Of a DNA stretch of 64,000 bases, positions 25,563-34,502 are shown piece after piece. The DNA is from a virus. The stretch covers positions 1 to 64,000 of the IMG/VR virus record IMGVR_UViG_3300031576_000023; one strand, written 5' to 3'. The first letter of the stretch is position 1, and each line of letters begins with the position of its first letter. The notes under the pieces are model-generated. The model made no database searches. It worked only from the letters and a program-made list of their open reading frames with translations, and was not told the DNA's origin. A program made the position numbers and the translations under genes.

Positions 25563-26282
25563 GTGGAACTGTGCATCGTGACCCCGACCAGGAACCGCTG
25601 GCGCTGGCTACGCAGCCAAGCCGAGGCGCTGGCACCGCAGCTCGCCGACGGCGACCTGTGGGTCGTAGTGGCGGACTCCTGCCCAGTCGACGTCGAGGTC
25701 ATGGACCAGGTGGCCGGGTGGCTCGGAGAGAGGATGGCCGTAGTAGAGCTGAGCTACGCCAGACGCGGTGACCGCGGCTGCGTCAACCGCGCCAGAAACG
25801 TCGGAACCCAGTTCGCAAAGAGCAACCAGTCCATTGTCGAGGTAGACGACCACGACATTGTGACGCCTGGCTGCCTCGACGCGCTCAGGGAAGCTATCGG
25901 GTGGGCGGGCTATGTGTACGGAGACTGCCACCAGGAAGCCGTTCTGCGGAGCCCAGGCGGCGACTTTCAGTTCATCGAACCCTGGCCGGACGTGACCGGA
26001 GAATACGGCTGCGGCGGAAGGGATGTCATCGGTGTGCGCGCCTTTCGCAAGCAGCTCTGGGACTCTCTAGGAGGCTGGCGAGAGGACGTGTGGCCGGGCG
26101 GCGACTGGGACTTTTTCCAGCGCGCGGCGCACGAGTTGGAAGGGGTTGACCCTGGTATTGTCCACCTAGAACAAGCGCTGTGCACGGTGCTCGTGGACGC
26201 CGACAGCATATCGGGGCACAACAGGAGCGCAGGTGAACAGGCTACTGGTGAACAGGCTACTGGTGAACCATGCCGATCGTAG
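25563..26282 (+). CDS. Glycosyltransferase family 2 (GT-A)
   Basis: LCIVTPTRNR, VVVADS, ARNVG, IVEVDDHD (DxD), YVYGD, GGW, DWDFFQR; AGGAGG with GTG start. Confidence 0.85.
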   Translation: MELCIVTPTRNRWRWLRSQAEALAPQLADGDLWVVVADSCPVDVEVMDQVAGWLGERMAVVELSYARRGDRGCVNRARNVGTQFAKSNQSIVEVDDHDIVTPGCLDALREAIGWAGYVYGDCHQEAVLRSPGGDFQFIEPWPDVTGEYGCGGRDVIGVRAFRKQLWDSLGGWREDVWPGGDWDFFQRAAHELEGVDPGIVHLEQALCTVLVDADSISGHNRSAGEQATGEQATGEPCRS

Positions 26283-27016
26283 ACATCGCCGAGGCGAAGG
26301 CCGTAGTCGGCCGGGCTACCACGATCACTGACAGGGACAGCGAGCTGATCGGCTTGCTGCTGCCGGTCGCCGAAGCGAACCTTGAGGACCACCTGGGAAT
26401 TTCTGTGGCCCAGCAAAATATCACCGAGTATTACCCGCACGATGAGGAGCATGCGATCGTCTACGACTACCAGGAAACGTTCGTGGTCCAAGGCGACAAG
26501 GTTTACATCGAGCGCGGCGAGGTGCGCGGAAGTCTGCTGCACCTGCGAAAAACTCCGGTGCGCTCCATCACCACGTTGCACGAGGACCGCGAGGGGTACT
26601 TCGGTCAAGTGGCCGGATCGTTCGCTGCGGCGACCCTGCTGGTTTCCGGGACGGACTACTACTTGGCGCTTGACGAGCCCGGCATCTCGTTCGCGGGAAA
26701 CCTGTGGCGGAGATATGCGAACTGGCCAACGCAGCTCGGCTCGATCAAGGTCGTGTACGTGGCCGGGTTCACGGCGGCAGAGCTGGCGAACAGGTACAGC
26801 GCGTTCAAGTGGGGCGCTTTGAGAACTTTCGCCGACTTGTGGAGCCGCAGCAAGGCCATGCACGGCGGGCAGCGCAGCGACCAGATGTCGAGTGAGAGCA
26901 TCGGCGGCGGGGTGTCGGCCGGGTACGTGAACGAGCACCTGCGCGGCCTGCCTGTGCCGGACGACGTGGCGGACAAGCTGGCGCGGTACGAGTCATACGA
27001 CGAGCTGGGAATCTGA
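26270..27016 (+). CDS. Head-tail connector (gp6-like)
   Basis: IVDIAEAKAVVG...DSELIGLLL..AE..LE.HLG, PVRSIT, IKVVYVAGF, SESIGG; position after capsid. Confidence 0.75.
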   Translation: MPIVDIAEAKAVVGRATTITDRDSELIGLLLPVAEANLEDHLGISVAQQNITEYYPHDEEHAIVYDYQETFVVQGDKVYIERGEVRGSLLHLRKTPVRSITTLHEDREGYFGQVAGSFAAATLLVSGTDYYLALDEPGISFAGNLWRRYANWPTQLGSIKVVYVAGFTAAELANRYSAFKWGALRTFADLWSRSKAMHGGQRSDQMSSESIGGGVSAGYVNEHLRGLPVPDDVADKLARYESYDELGI

Positions 27017-27020
27017 GCAT

Positions 27021-27374
27021 ATGCCGCTTGGCCAGGCAATGACGGCGGAGCTGAAGGTTGGAACCCGCACGAGCGCGCAGGGCGCGACGGGCGAGGTCAC
27101 CTGGAGCTACTCGTACACCAACGTGGACGGGATTCCGTGCCGCTTCCACGACAGCGGTGCGATGGTTCGACAGGCCAGCTTCGGGCAGAACCAGCAGGTG
27201 GACGCCGTGGCGATCATCGACGCGAACGAGACTGTGGGGCCGGTGATTTTGACGACGGATACCGGCGAGCGCCGGCAGGTCCAGATCGACGGCGTAGCCT
27301 GGGAGGTCACGAAGGTGGCCGACCTTGGAAACATCGGCAGGCTGAAGCTCGTCTCGCTGCGGAAATGGAAGTGA
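27021..27374 (+). CDS. Head closure / head-tail adaptor
   Basis: Size, position, and VQIDGVAWEVTKV C-terminal pattern. Confidence 0.65.
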   Translation: MPLGQAMTAELKVGTRTSAQGATGEVTWSYSYTNVDGIPCRFHDSGAMVRQASFGQNQQVDAVAIIDANETVGPVILTTDTGERRQVQIDGVAWEVTKVADLGNIGRLKLVSLRKWK

Positions 27375-27377
27375 CGC

Positions 27378-28034
27378 ATGGCAGTTCAGTTCAGCGCCCA
27401 GGCCGGAGTCGGTGCTAAGCTGCAGATCAACCAGCAGGCGTTTCAGGCCCTCGGCAACGCCGTAAAAGAGGGCGGCGAGCAGGCGCTGAAGGACGCCGTG
27501 AAGGTCATGCGGATCGGCGCCCAGGAGCTGCGCAGGCGCGTGCAGAGGGTGTCCCCGGTCAAGGAGGGCCACATGCGCCAGAGCTGGCAGGTACACGAGA
27601 GAGCCGAGCCAGGCAAACACATCATCGACATGGGCACAAGCGTCAAGAGCAAAGAGAATTACCCGTACCCTCTGTATCTCGAGCTCGGAACTCACCTGAT
27701 CGCCGGCGGGGCCGTGATGGCCTGGCAGCCCGGCGACCCTCCGATCACGGAGTGGAAGGCCAAGCTCCAGGACATCCCCTCGTTCAAGCTCGCGGGCGAC
27801 GTGCGCGGCCGCACGGGAAAAGTCAAGGAGTTCGGCGCCGGCAAGCCAGGCAGTCCGAAGTTCGAGCGGTCCGTCAAGATCGCCACGGGGGCGTTTACCG
27901 GCGGCCAGGGCGAGCAGATGCCGATGATCCGGCCGGTGGCGTGGGAGCTGATGCCCGTGGTCCTCCAGGGGATGATAGAGGCCGCACAGAAGGGGCTTAA
28001 GACGTGGATGGAAGGCAAGAAGTTCGGTAAGTAA
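27378..28034 (+). CDS. HK97 gp10-like tail completion protein
   Basis: SPVKEGHMRQSW, YPLYLELGT, PMIRP. Confidence 0.8.
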   Translation: MAVQFSAQAGVGAKLQINQQAFQALGNAVKEGGEQALKDAVKVMRIGAQELRRRVQRVSPVKEGHMRQSWQVHERAEPGKHIIDMGTSVKSKENYPYPLYLELGTHLIAGGAVMAWQPGDPPITEWKAKLQDIPSFKLAGDVRGRTGKVKEFGAGKPGSPKFERSVKIATGAFTGGQGEQMPMIRPVAWELMPVVLQGMIEAAQKGLKTWMEGKKFGK

Positions 28035-28054
28035 GAATTAAGAGGACTGGCGGC

Positions 28055-28549
28055 ATGGCGGCGAACGACTACGGCGGTGTACTCAGTATCGTCGTAACCG
28101 GCTTGAAGGCCAGGACTGCGCTGACTACGCTACTCGCCACCCGCAATATCGCCGGCACATCCAGCAAGGCCAACTCGATCTTCTACGCGACCCACGCCCC
28201 ACTGCCGCCCTTGTTTCCGTGCATCGCCATGCGGGACTTCGGGCCGTTCGCGGCCGACCCGACCAAGCATGAGCTGCCCATGTTGCTCTGTCGCGTGGCC
28301 GTCGAATTGTCTATATTCGGTAGGAGCCAGGACATCAGGGCGATCCAGTCGGAGATCGACCTGTACCTGGAGAGCGCGGAGTACAGCGGAGCGCTTGACA
28401 CGGCGTCCTGGGCCATCAAGGATATCGACACGAGCGGAGGCTGGGTGAACGTACAAGTCCCCAAGGAGCTGACGGCCGACGGGAGCACGACGAACCTGGA
28501 GCAGCGAGCGAAGACGTTTGACGTGGTCGCGGCCAACAAGCTCGACTAA
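28055..28549 (+). CDS. Putative tail terminator
   Basis: Position between gp10-like and tail tube; LTTLL..IFY..PP.FPCI pattern. Confidence 0.6.
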   Translation: MAANDYGGVLSIVVTGLKARTALTTLLATRNIAGTSSKANSIFYATHAPLPPLFPCIAMRDFGPFAADPTKHELPMLLCRVAVELSIFGRSQDIRAIQSEIDLYLESAEYSGALDTASWAIKDIDTSGGWVNVQVPKELTADGSTTNLEQRAKTFDVVAANKLD

Positions 28550-28560
28550 GGAGAATATCA

Positions 28561-29106
28561 ATGCCTACTAGTCCCGGCCAAGTCGGAGAGGTCACCAACG
28601 TGCGCGTTGGCGCCCATAAGATCACAATTGATCCGACTGGCGTCTCGAAGATCGCCGGTTTCACGACAGGGTCCGTTGCGCTCTCGTGGGGCGTCCAGAG
28701 CAGGTTCGTATTGGCCAATGAGTTCGGCGGCACGCCAATCGACGAGGAGATATTCGGCCTCCAGCTCGGCATCTCGTTCTCGATGCTAGAGCGCGCCCTG
28801 CGCGTATTCGACATTGCGCTGAACGGGCTATACCCAAGCGTCGCGGTGGCCAACGCCAGGACTCTGATACGCGGCGGCATCGTCACTGCCCAGGATCGCG
28901 GCAAGGCAATCCTGCTGCACCCGATCAAGGAGGGCGCCAGCACGCAGCGCGACATCACGCTTCGCAAGATACTCCTGCGGCCGACAGGCAACTACGAGCT
29001 GTCCGACCAAGGCAACCAGATCATGCAGGTGACCGGGACGTGCGTCGTCGACATGGCGCAGTCCGACGGCCAGTTCCTGGCGCAGTTCAGCGAGCCGACG
29101 GCATGA
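28561..29106 (+). CDS. Major tail tube protein
   Basis: TAAGGAG RBS; NVRVGAHKI, GFTTGSVAL, beta-rich; upstream of chaperone and TMP. Confidence 0.7.
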   Translation: MPTSPGQVGEVTNVRVGAHKITIDPTGVSKIAGFTTGSVALSWGVQSRFVLANEFGGTPIDEEIFGLQLGISFSMLERALRVFDIALNGLYPSVAVANARTLIRGGIVTAQDRGKAILLHPIKEGASTQRDITLRKILLRPTGNYELSDQGNQIMQVTGTCVVDMAQSDGQFLAQFSEPTA

Positions 29107-29624
29107 CCATGAGCGCGCCTGCGAGCGCAGTGACCATGTCGGACGGAAAGACCGTCGCCGTCAACCCGCCAAGGTTCGACGGGTTCCTGCGGTTCATGGA
29201 GGCACTCGGCGACGAGAACCTGCCCATGCCGGACCTGGCGAAGTCGGGGGTGAACGAGTGGCTCGACCAACTGAAGCAGGACGTGTCGCGCGCGGCTGGA
29301 CAGGACGAGATTCGCGCCATGGCCATCCGGCAGCAGGTGATCCTGGTGGGCCTTCTGGCGGACGTCGTGTCTCACAACCTGGAGACGCTCTGGCGGTGGT
29401 TGCTGCGGTCGCCGTCGCTGCTTGCCATCCTCGTCACGTCTTGCACCGGTAAGACCCAGGCCGAGCTGGACCAGCACTCGGCAGGGGAGTTCATGCGGCT
29501 CGCAACCGCCTCGTGGCTCGCGATGCGCCAAGACGGCGTGCTGGAGGGCTTCGGCAGTTTTTTCGGCGCGTTGCTTCCGCGCCTGTCAAGCCGCCCTGGG
29601 AGCACGACGCAGCAGGCCGCGTGA
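29103..29624 (+). CDS. Tail assembly chaperone (gpG-like)
   Basis: Between tail tube and TMP; in-phase slippery T TTT TTC at 29558-29564. Confidence 0.7.
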   Translation: MTMSAPASAVTMSDGKTVAVNPPRFDGFLRFMEALGDENLPMPDLAKSGVNEWLDQLKQDVSRAAGQDEIRAMAIRQQVILVGLLADVVSHNLETLWRWLLRSPSLLAILVTSCTGKTQAELDQHSAGEFMRLATASWLAMRQDGVLEGFGSFFGALLPRLSSRPGSTTQQAA

Positions 29625-30091
29625 CCGAAACCGTGTACACGGGCAGCTACGGCGTCGCGGCCAGGAGAATCCTCGTCACGCTCGCGAGCGTCACGGGGTG
29701 GGGGCTGGCCGAGCTGGAGGGACTCATGGCAAGCCGCGCACTTAGACTTTCTCTGTCGTGCCTTGAGCACCTGGCGGACGAGCTGGAGGCGCAGCTCACG
29801 GCCGCGGCGATGCCGGTCGCGCTGTTGGCTGGCAAGAGCGAGGCGTTCGACCACGCTTGGCACCGTATACTCAGGATGCGCGGCGGCGAGGTCGTCTGGG
29901 ACCCGCAGGAGGCCGCCGGGATCAAGGAGATCGAGCGCGAGATGTGCGAGGCGTATCCGTGGTACGAGGACTCGCTGCGGCTCGACAGAGTGTGGCGCGA
30001 GTACGGCTCGTCCGGACCGAAGCGGAACCCGGACCAGCACAGCCGTATGGTGACGCCGCCGGGGTTCCCGAACTTGATAACGGGGATGTGA
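29558..30091 (+). CDS. Tail assembly chaperone gpT part, reached by -1 frameshift
   Basis: ORF 29513..30091 is in the -1 frame relative to gpG and is open across the slippery heptamer. Confidence 0.65.
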   Translation, partial: FFRRVASAPVKPPWEHDAAGRVTETVYTGSYGVAARRILVTLASVTGWGLAELEGLMASRALRLSLSCLEHLADELEAQLTAAAMPVALLAGKSEAFDHAWHRILRMRGGEVVWDPQEAAGIKEIEREMCEAYPWYEDSLRLDRVWREYGSSGPKRNPDQHSRMVTPPGFPNLITGM

Positions 30092-30092
30092 C

Positions 30093-30470
30093 GTGCCCCT
30101 GGCCATCACAGTGACACTGGTGAGCGGCGCCGACACTGCGACGTTCCGCGCGCTGCCGCCGAGTACCGAGGCGCCGGTCAGCGTGCCGGGCGTCATCCAC
30201 AGGTCGGCCGGCGGCGCCCTCGTGCACTACAAGGTCGGCGCGGCATACCACGAGGTCGTCCTTCAGGTGCAGCACATGACCAACGCGCAAAAGGACACTC
30301 TGGAGAGCTTCTTCCGCACGCACTGGAGAGACGCAATCACTTACACGGACGAGAACGGAAACGCCTTCGCCGCGTGCAAGATCATGGAGGGCTCGCTCGC
30401 GCTGCGCAAGGACTACAAGAACAGTTGGCACTGCTCGCTCAGGATGCAGCTCCCGAGCGTGCTGAAGTAA
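30093..30470 (+). CDS. Minor tail protein (distal-tail-like)
   Basis: MTNAQKDTLESFF...ITYTDENG pattern; tail operon. Confidence 0.5.
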   Translation: MPLAITVTLVSGADTATFRALPPSTEAPVSVPGVIHRSAGGALVHYKVGAAYHEVVLQVQHMTNAQKDTLESFFRTHWRDAITYTDENGNAFAACKIMEGSLALRKDYKNSWHCSLRMQLPSVLK

Positions 30471-30486
30471 CAGACACCAGGTCTTT

Positions 30487-33264
30487 ATGGCAGCGACGAT
30501 CTTCGAGGTCCTGGCAGGCAGGCTGAGCTTGGAGACTGGCCCGTTCGAGCAGTCCCTCCAAAAAGCCAGGGGCGCGATGTCGTCGTTCACCGCCGGCCTA
30601 GCCAGCGCCGCCGGGATCATCACCGGCTTCGGCGCTGCGCTGGCCGGGCTGGCCGGCATCGCGACCGGTATCGGCCTGATCAAGGAGGCCATTTCGTCTG
30701 CTGCCGAGGCGGAGGTAGTCCAGGTGCGCCTCGGCATCGCCGTGCGCAACATGGGCCAGGCGGCCGGCGTCACGAGCGAATTCCTGAACGACCTCGCCAA
30801 CCAGCTACAGCGCACGACAGTCGCCACGGACGACGCGATTATCGAGATGGGCACGATGCTCTTGAAGATGGAGAACATCAAGGGCACGGACATGTTCGAG
30901 CGGGCCATCCGCGGCGCGCTCGACCTCTCGGCCGCGACCGGTCAGGACGCGACCGGCGCGATGAACATGCTGGCCAGGGCGATGGAGGACCCGGCCCACG
31001 GAATGATGATGCTCAGAAGGTCGGGCATCATGTTCTCCGAGGAGATCAAGGAGGCGATGCAGGTCCTGGTGCTGGAGGGCCGGCACGCAGAGGCGCAGTT
31101 GATCCTGCTTGGCGAGGTGAACAAGCGATTCGTCGGTGCCGCCGAGGAATACGCCAAGACCTTCCAGGGCGAGTTCATGAACTTTCGCAAGATGGTCGGC
31201 GAGGCCCTGGAGGCGCTCGGCAAGCCACTCATCGAAGTGCTCACGCCCTACATGGCGCGGTTCAAGGAGTGGGCTACGTTCGCCGCCGACTGGATCACCG
31301 AGAATCAGCCAATTATCAAACGGTGGATCGCAACCACGATTCGAGACATCGAAGACGGCTTGCGCTCGATCATACATTTCTTCGACAGACTGATTGTGAG
31401 CGCCAGGACCTTCCGTCTTCTGATGGGGGGAGTGGTGGGATGGGCCGCGCTAGCTTACGGCGAACCTGTTGTTGCCCAGATTAGAGGCGCCGCGCCGGAC
31501 GGTACGCCGGACGGTACGCCGATGGCACCGCCTCCTCCACCCGCGCAGCCCGGAAAAGAACCAGGGGATGTTGAATGGACGGCAGCTATTCGCGCTTTAG
31601 CCGCCGGCCGCCCTGCCGAGGCTCCAGGCGGCGTGGATATCAAGGGCCTGCCCAGCCTGGAAACGGCCAAGGCCCGCAAAGCCCTGATAGACGTCGAGAA
31701 GGAAATCGCCGAGCACCCAGAGGCAGCCGCCCTCATCGGCCTCGGGCTGCCGACGCAGGACGCCGTGCAGAAACTGAAGCAGCGGCAGCAGGCTCTGCAG
31801 GAGATCAAGCAGCGCGCCGTCCAGAGCGAGGGGCAGGCCGGCATATTCGGGGCCGAGGGCCTGTTCGGCGCCAGCCCAGACAAGAACAAAGCCGTGGCCG
31901 GAAAGCTCCTCAACCAGCTCGGAGATGCGCTCAAGCAGCAACTCAGCGGCGAGACGTTCGACCCGGTGTTCACGGAGGGCCTGCTGCTGGCGTACCGCGG
32001 CGCTCTTGAGAAGATGCCGGGCGTCACCGAGGACCAGCTAGACGACATCGAAAGGTCTGTCCGCAAGACCATCGACAAGCTGATGGAGATGCCGCCGGCC
32101 CTCAGAGGCGCGTTCAGCGACGCCTTCAGCGGGATCGCGCAGGACGCAGCCACGCTCGGGAAACAGATCGACCAGCAGACATCGATCTTCGTCAAGGATG
32201 AAGACCCAGTCATGGGCATGCTCGGCCTGGTCGGGAGATCAGGAGGAGAGGTGACCAGGCAGGGCCGGCGCGGCGCTGCCGGCGAGATGCGCCGCATGAT
32301 CAAGGAATCTGGCGGCTCGGGGGCCACCAACGAGCAGTTGGACCAGCTCCGCATGATGCGCCAAGGCGTCCTGGAAGCCATGCAGGCCATCAACGTCGCA
32401 GAGGGGGCTGCCAGGGAGGTCGCCGTCAAAAACGCGATGGGCATGCAACAGGCGTTCCTGGGGGCGTTCCAGAACATCGCGCAGGGCGGCACAGGACTGT
32501 TCCAGGGGCTCGTGGATGACGCGCAGAAGGCGGCTGCGGGCGTGCAGGGGGCCGCGAACCGCATGGGCGGGGCCTTCGACGACGCGCGCGCCAGGAGGTC
32601 GCAGCGCGCGGCCATGCGTGGGCCTGGCGTCGGCGCCGCCGGGTTCGGGCTTGTCAGCGGCATAGGCAGTATGTTGCAGCGCGCCTTCAACAGCAGCCTT
32701 GGGAATGCGTTCGGCGGGCTGGGCATGCTGGAGCACATCCAGGCCCTGATGTCCATTGATCCGGCTGCCGGCCTCGACCTGGCCATCTCGAACACGAACG
32801 CGCAGCTCCAAGCCTTGTACGGAAACCTGGTTCGCACTGGCGAGTCCGGCGGCTTCGGAGCCGGGTTTCCAGGCTCCAGTAACCTTCCCTACCTGCTGAC
32901 GCTTCCAACGCAGGCTTCGCAGACGGCTGCCTGGCTCAAAGACCTGCTGGATACGCTCTTGCAGCAGCGGTCCATGCTGGGTTCGGCGCATGGCATGGCT
33001 GGCGGAGGAGTAGTCACGCGGCCCACGTTCGCCATGCTGGGCGAGTCTGGGCCGGAGGCGGTGATACCGCTCAGCGGTCCTCGCACCTACATGGGCGGCG
33101 TCAACGTGACCGTGAACCTCCCGAATGCCAGGGTCACTCCGCAGTTGGCCGGCGACATAGCCGACGCCCTTGAAAGAGAGCTGGCGCGCCGCGGGACCGA
33201 TGGCCTTGGACGAAGCCCGCTCAGGTCTCCCAGGAACACGAGCAGCAGATTCGTCAACAGGTAA
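30487..33264 (+). CDS. Tail tape measure protein
   Basis: 925 aa, Ala/Gly-rich helical; N-terminal LAGRLSLETGPFEQSL; C-terminal MAGGGVVTRPTFAMLGESGPEAVIPL. Confidence 0.9.
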   Translation: MAATIFEVLAGRLSLETGPFEQSLQKARGAMSSFTAGLASAAGIITGFGAALAGLAGIATGIGLIKEAISSAAEAEVVQVRLGIAVRNMGQAAGVTSEFLNDLANQLQRTTVATDDAIIEMGTMLLKMENIKGTDMFERAIRGALDLSAATGQDATGAMNMLARAMEDPAHGMMMLRRSGIMFSEEIKEAMQVLVLEGRHAEAQLILLGEVNKRFVGAAEEYAKTFQGEFMNFRKMVGEALEALGKPLIEVLTPYMARFKEWATFAADWITENQPIIKRWIATTIRDIEDGLRSIIHFFDRLIVSARTFRLLMGGVVGWAALAYGEPVVAQIRGAAPDGTPDGTPMAPPPPPAQPGKEPGDVEWTAAIRALAAGRPAEAPGGVDIKGLPSLETAKARKALIDVEKEIAEHPEAAALIGLGLPTQDAVQKLKQRQQALQEIKQRAVQSEGQAGIFGAEGLFGASPDKNKAVAGKLLNQLGDALKQQLSGETFDPVFTEGLLLAYRGALEKMPGVTEDQLDDIERSVRKTIDKLMEMPPALRGAFSDAFSGIAQDAATLGKQIDQQTSIFVKDEDPVMGMLGLVGRSGGEVTRQGRRGAAGEMRRMIKESGGSGATNEQLDQLRMMRQGVLEAMQAINVAEGAAREVAVKNAMGMQQAFLGAFQNIAQGGTGLFQGLVDDAQKAAAGVQGAANRMGGAFDDARARRSQRAAMRGPGVGAAGFGLVSGIGSMLQRAFNSSLGNAFGGLGMLEHIQALMSIDPAAGLDLAISNTNAQLQALYGNLVRTGESGGFGAGFPGSSNLPYLLTLPTQASQTAAWLKDLLDTLLQQRSMLGSAHGMAGGGVVTRPTFAMLGESGPEAVIPLSGPRTYMGGVNVTVNLPNARVTPQLAGDIADALERELARRGTDGLGRSPLRSPRNTSSRFVNR

Positions 33265-33282
33265 GGTGAAACGGAGAACCAC

Positions 33283-33492
33283 ATGGACGAGGCGCACCAC
33301 AAGCAGTTCGTGGAGGCCATGAGCAGGGCGACGGCGCGCGACGGGCAGATGGCTGCGTACACGGGGATCGTGCGGTCGATAGTCAACCCTGACGTCTGGA
33401 TGCTGATTACCAGGCGGGCCGTCGAGCTGGCGGTGATCGGCGACGCCAATGCGCGGGACTGGCTCACTGAGATACTTTTCCATGGAGAGTAG
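33283..33492 (+). CDS. Hypothetical protein
   Basis: GGAG RBS; operon spacing. Confidence 0.5.
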   Translation: MDEAHHKQFVEAMSRATARDGQMAAYTGIVRSIVNPDVWMLITRRAVELAVIGDANARDWLTEILFHGE

Positions 33493-33512
33493 GGGAGACT
33501 AAGGAGACGACG

Positions 33513-34007
33513 ATGGCAACCAAGGTCGAGTACGCCGCCAAGGTCACGGTGCTGGAGACGCTCTCGACAGCCGTTCCGGGCGCGGCCGACCCTACCCTCA
33601 CCCAGGCGGGCTACAACACCGAGGGCTCTTTCAGCTCGACGAGTACGCCCCCGACTACCAAAAGCGTCGTGAACACTGTCGCCCTGGTCGCCGGCGCCAA
33701 GACGATCGACCTGACGGCGCTGACCGGCATCAACGGCGCGACCGTGGACTTCACTGGCCTCAAGGTGCAGTTCGTGAAGTGCCGCAACCCGTCGGCCAAT
33801 ACCGGCGCGATCACGGTCCAGGCCGGCGCAGCCAACGCCTACAACCTGCTGGGCGCCTCGTGGAAGGTGATCCTCCAGACCGGCGACGAGTTCACATGGA
33901 AGGGCAGCGATGACTCTGGCGTGCCGGACGTGGCTTCCGGCGTCAAGAACATCGACTTGGCGGGGACCGGTACGGAGAGCCTTGAGGTCGTCCTCGTAGC
34001 CGGCTGA
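33513..34007 (+). CDS. Hypothetical beta-rich virion protein
   Basis: TAAGGAG RBS; TIDLTALT, VDFTGLKV, VASGVKNIDL. Confidence 0.7.
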   Translation: MATKVEYAAKVTVLETLSTAVPGAADPTLTQAGYNTEGSFSSTSTPPTTKSVVNTVALVAGAKTIDLTALTGINGATVDFTGLKVQFVKCRNPSANTGAITVQAGAANAYNLLGASWKVILQTGDEFTWKGSDDSGVPDVASGVKNIDLAGTGTESLEVVLVAG

Positions 34008-34038
34008 CGAAAAGGCAACTGAAAGGCTAGCGATAACG

Positions 34039-34500
34039 ATGGCACTTTTGCAGTTCACCGTGATCGAAAAGTTCGTGATCCAGGCTGGGGTGCCTGTTAC
34101 GGTGCTTCTCTGGCGAGACAACCAAGTGTCAGCCGCAGGGTTGGCTGCGCCAACCGTATTGCCGCGAAAGCAGTACGCCGACATCGTGCAATCGGTGAAC
34201 CACGAGTTCCAAACGCTGATCAAACAGGGGAACCCCGGCCTCACCGCAGTTCCGATCACCGACAAAATACACTTCCGCCACGAGGTCGAGGCCGACGGCC
34301 GATGGCACTTGCACGCGAAGTGCGGCCAGGGACAGCTAGCCTTAACGTATGACGTCTACTGGAATCCGGCGGACGACACGATCCGCCAGGAGCGTCCCAA
34401 GGCGTTCCAGGTCGAGTATGCGACGTACCTGCTCTCGATTCAGCAGTTGACCGGATTCCTGAATGGGATCGCGCACATAGCCGGAACTGCTACTCTATAG
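34039..34500 (+). CDS. Hypothetical tail-region protein
   Basis: ORF in tail operon, 2 bp before the next gene. Confidence 0.6.
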   Translation: MALLQFTVIEKFVIQAGVPVTVLLWRDNQVSAAGLAAPTVLPRKQYADIVQSVNHEFQTLIKQGNPGLTAVPITDKIHFRHEVEADGRWHLHAKCGQGQLALTYDVYWNPADDTIRQERPKAFQVEYATYLLSIQQLTGFLNGIAHIAGTATL

Positions 34501-34502
34501 CC

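Noticed and set aside
26232-26268. 15 bp tandem repeat GGTGAACAGGCTACT x2.5
   Set aside because: Simple in-frame slippage duplication at the GT2 C-terminus; no spacers, not CRISPR.
31493-31521. 12 bp tandem repeat (PDGT x2) in the tape measure gene
   Set aside because: Short in-frame linker duplication with no evident function.
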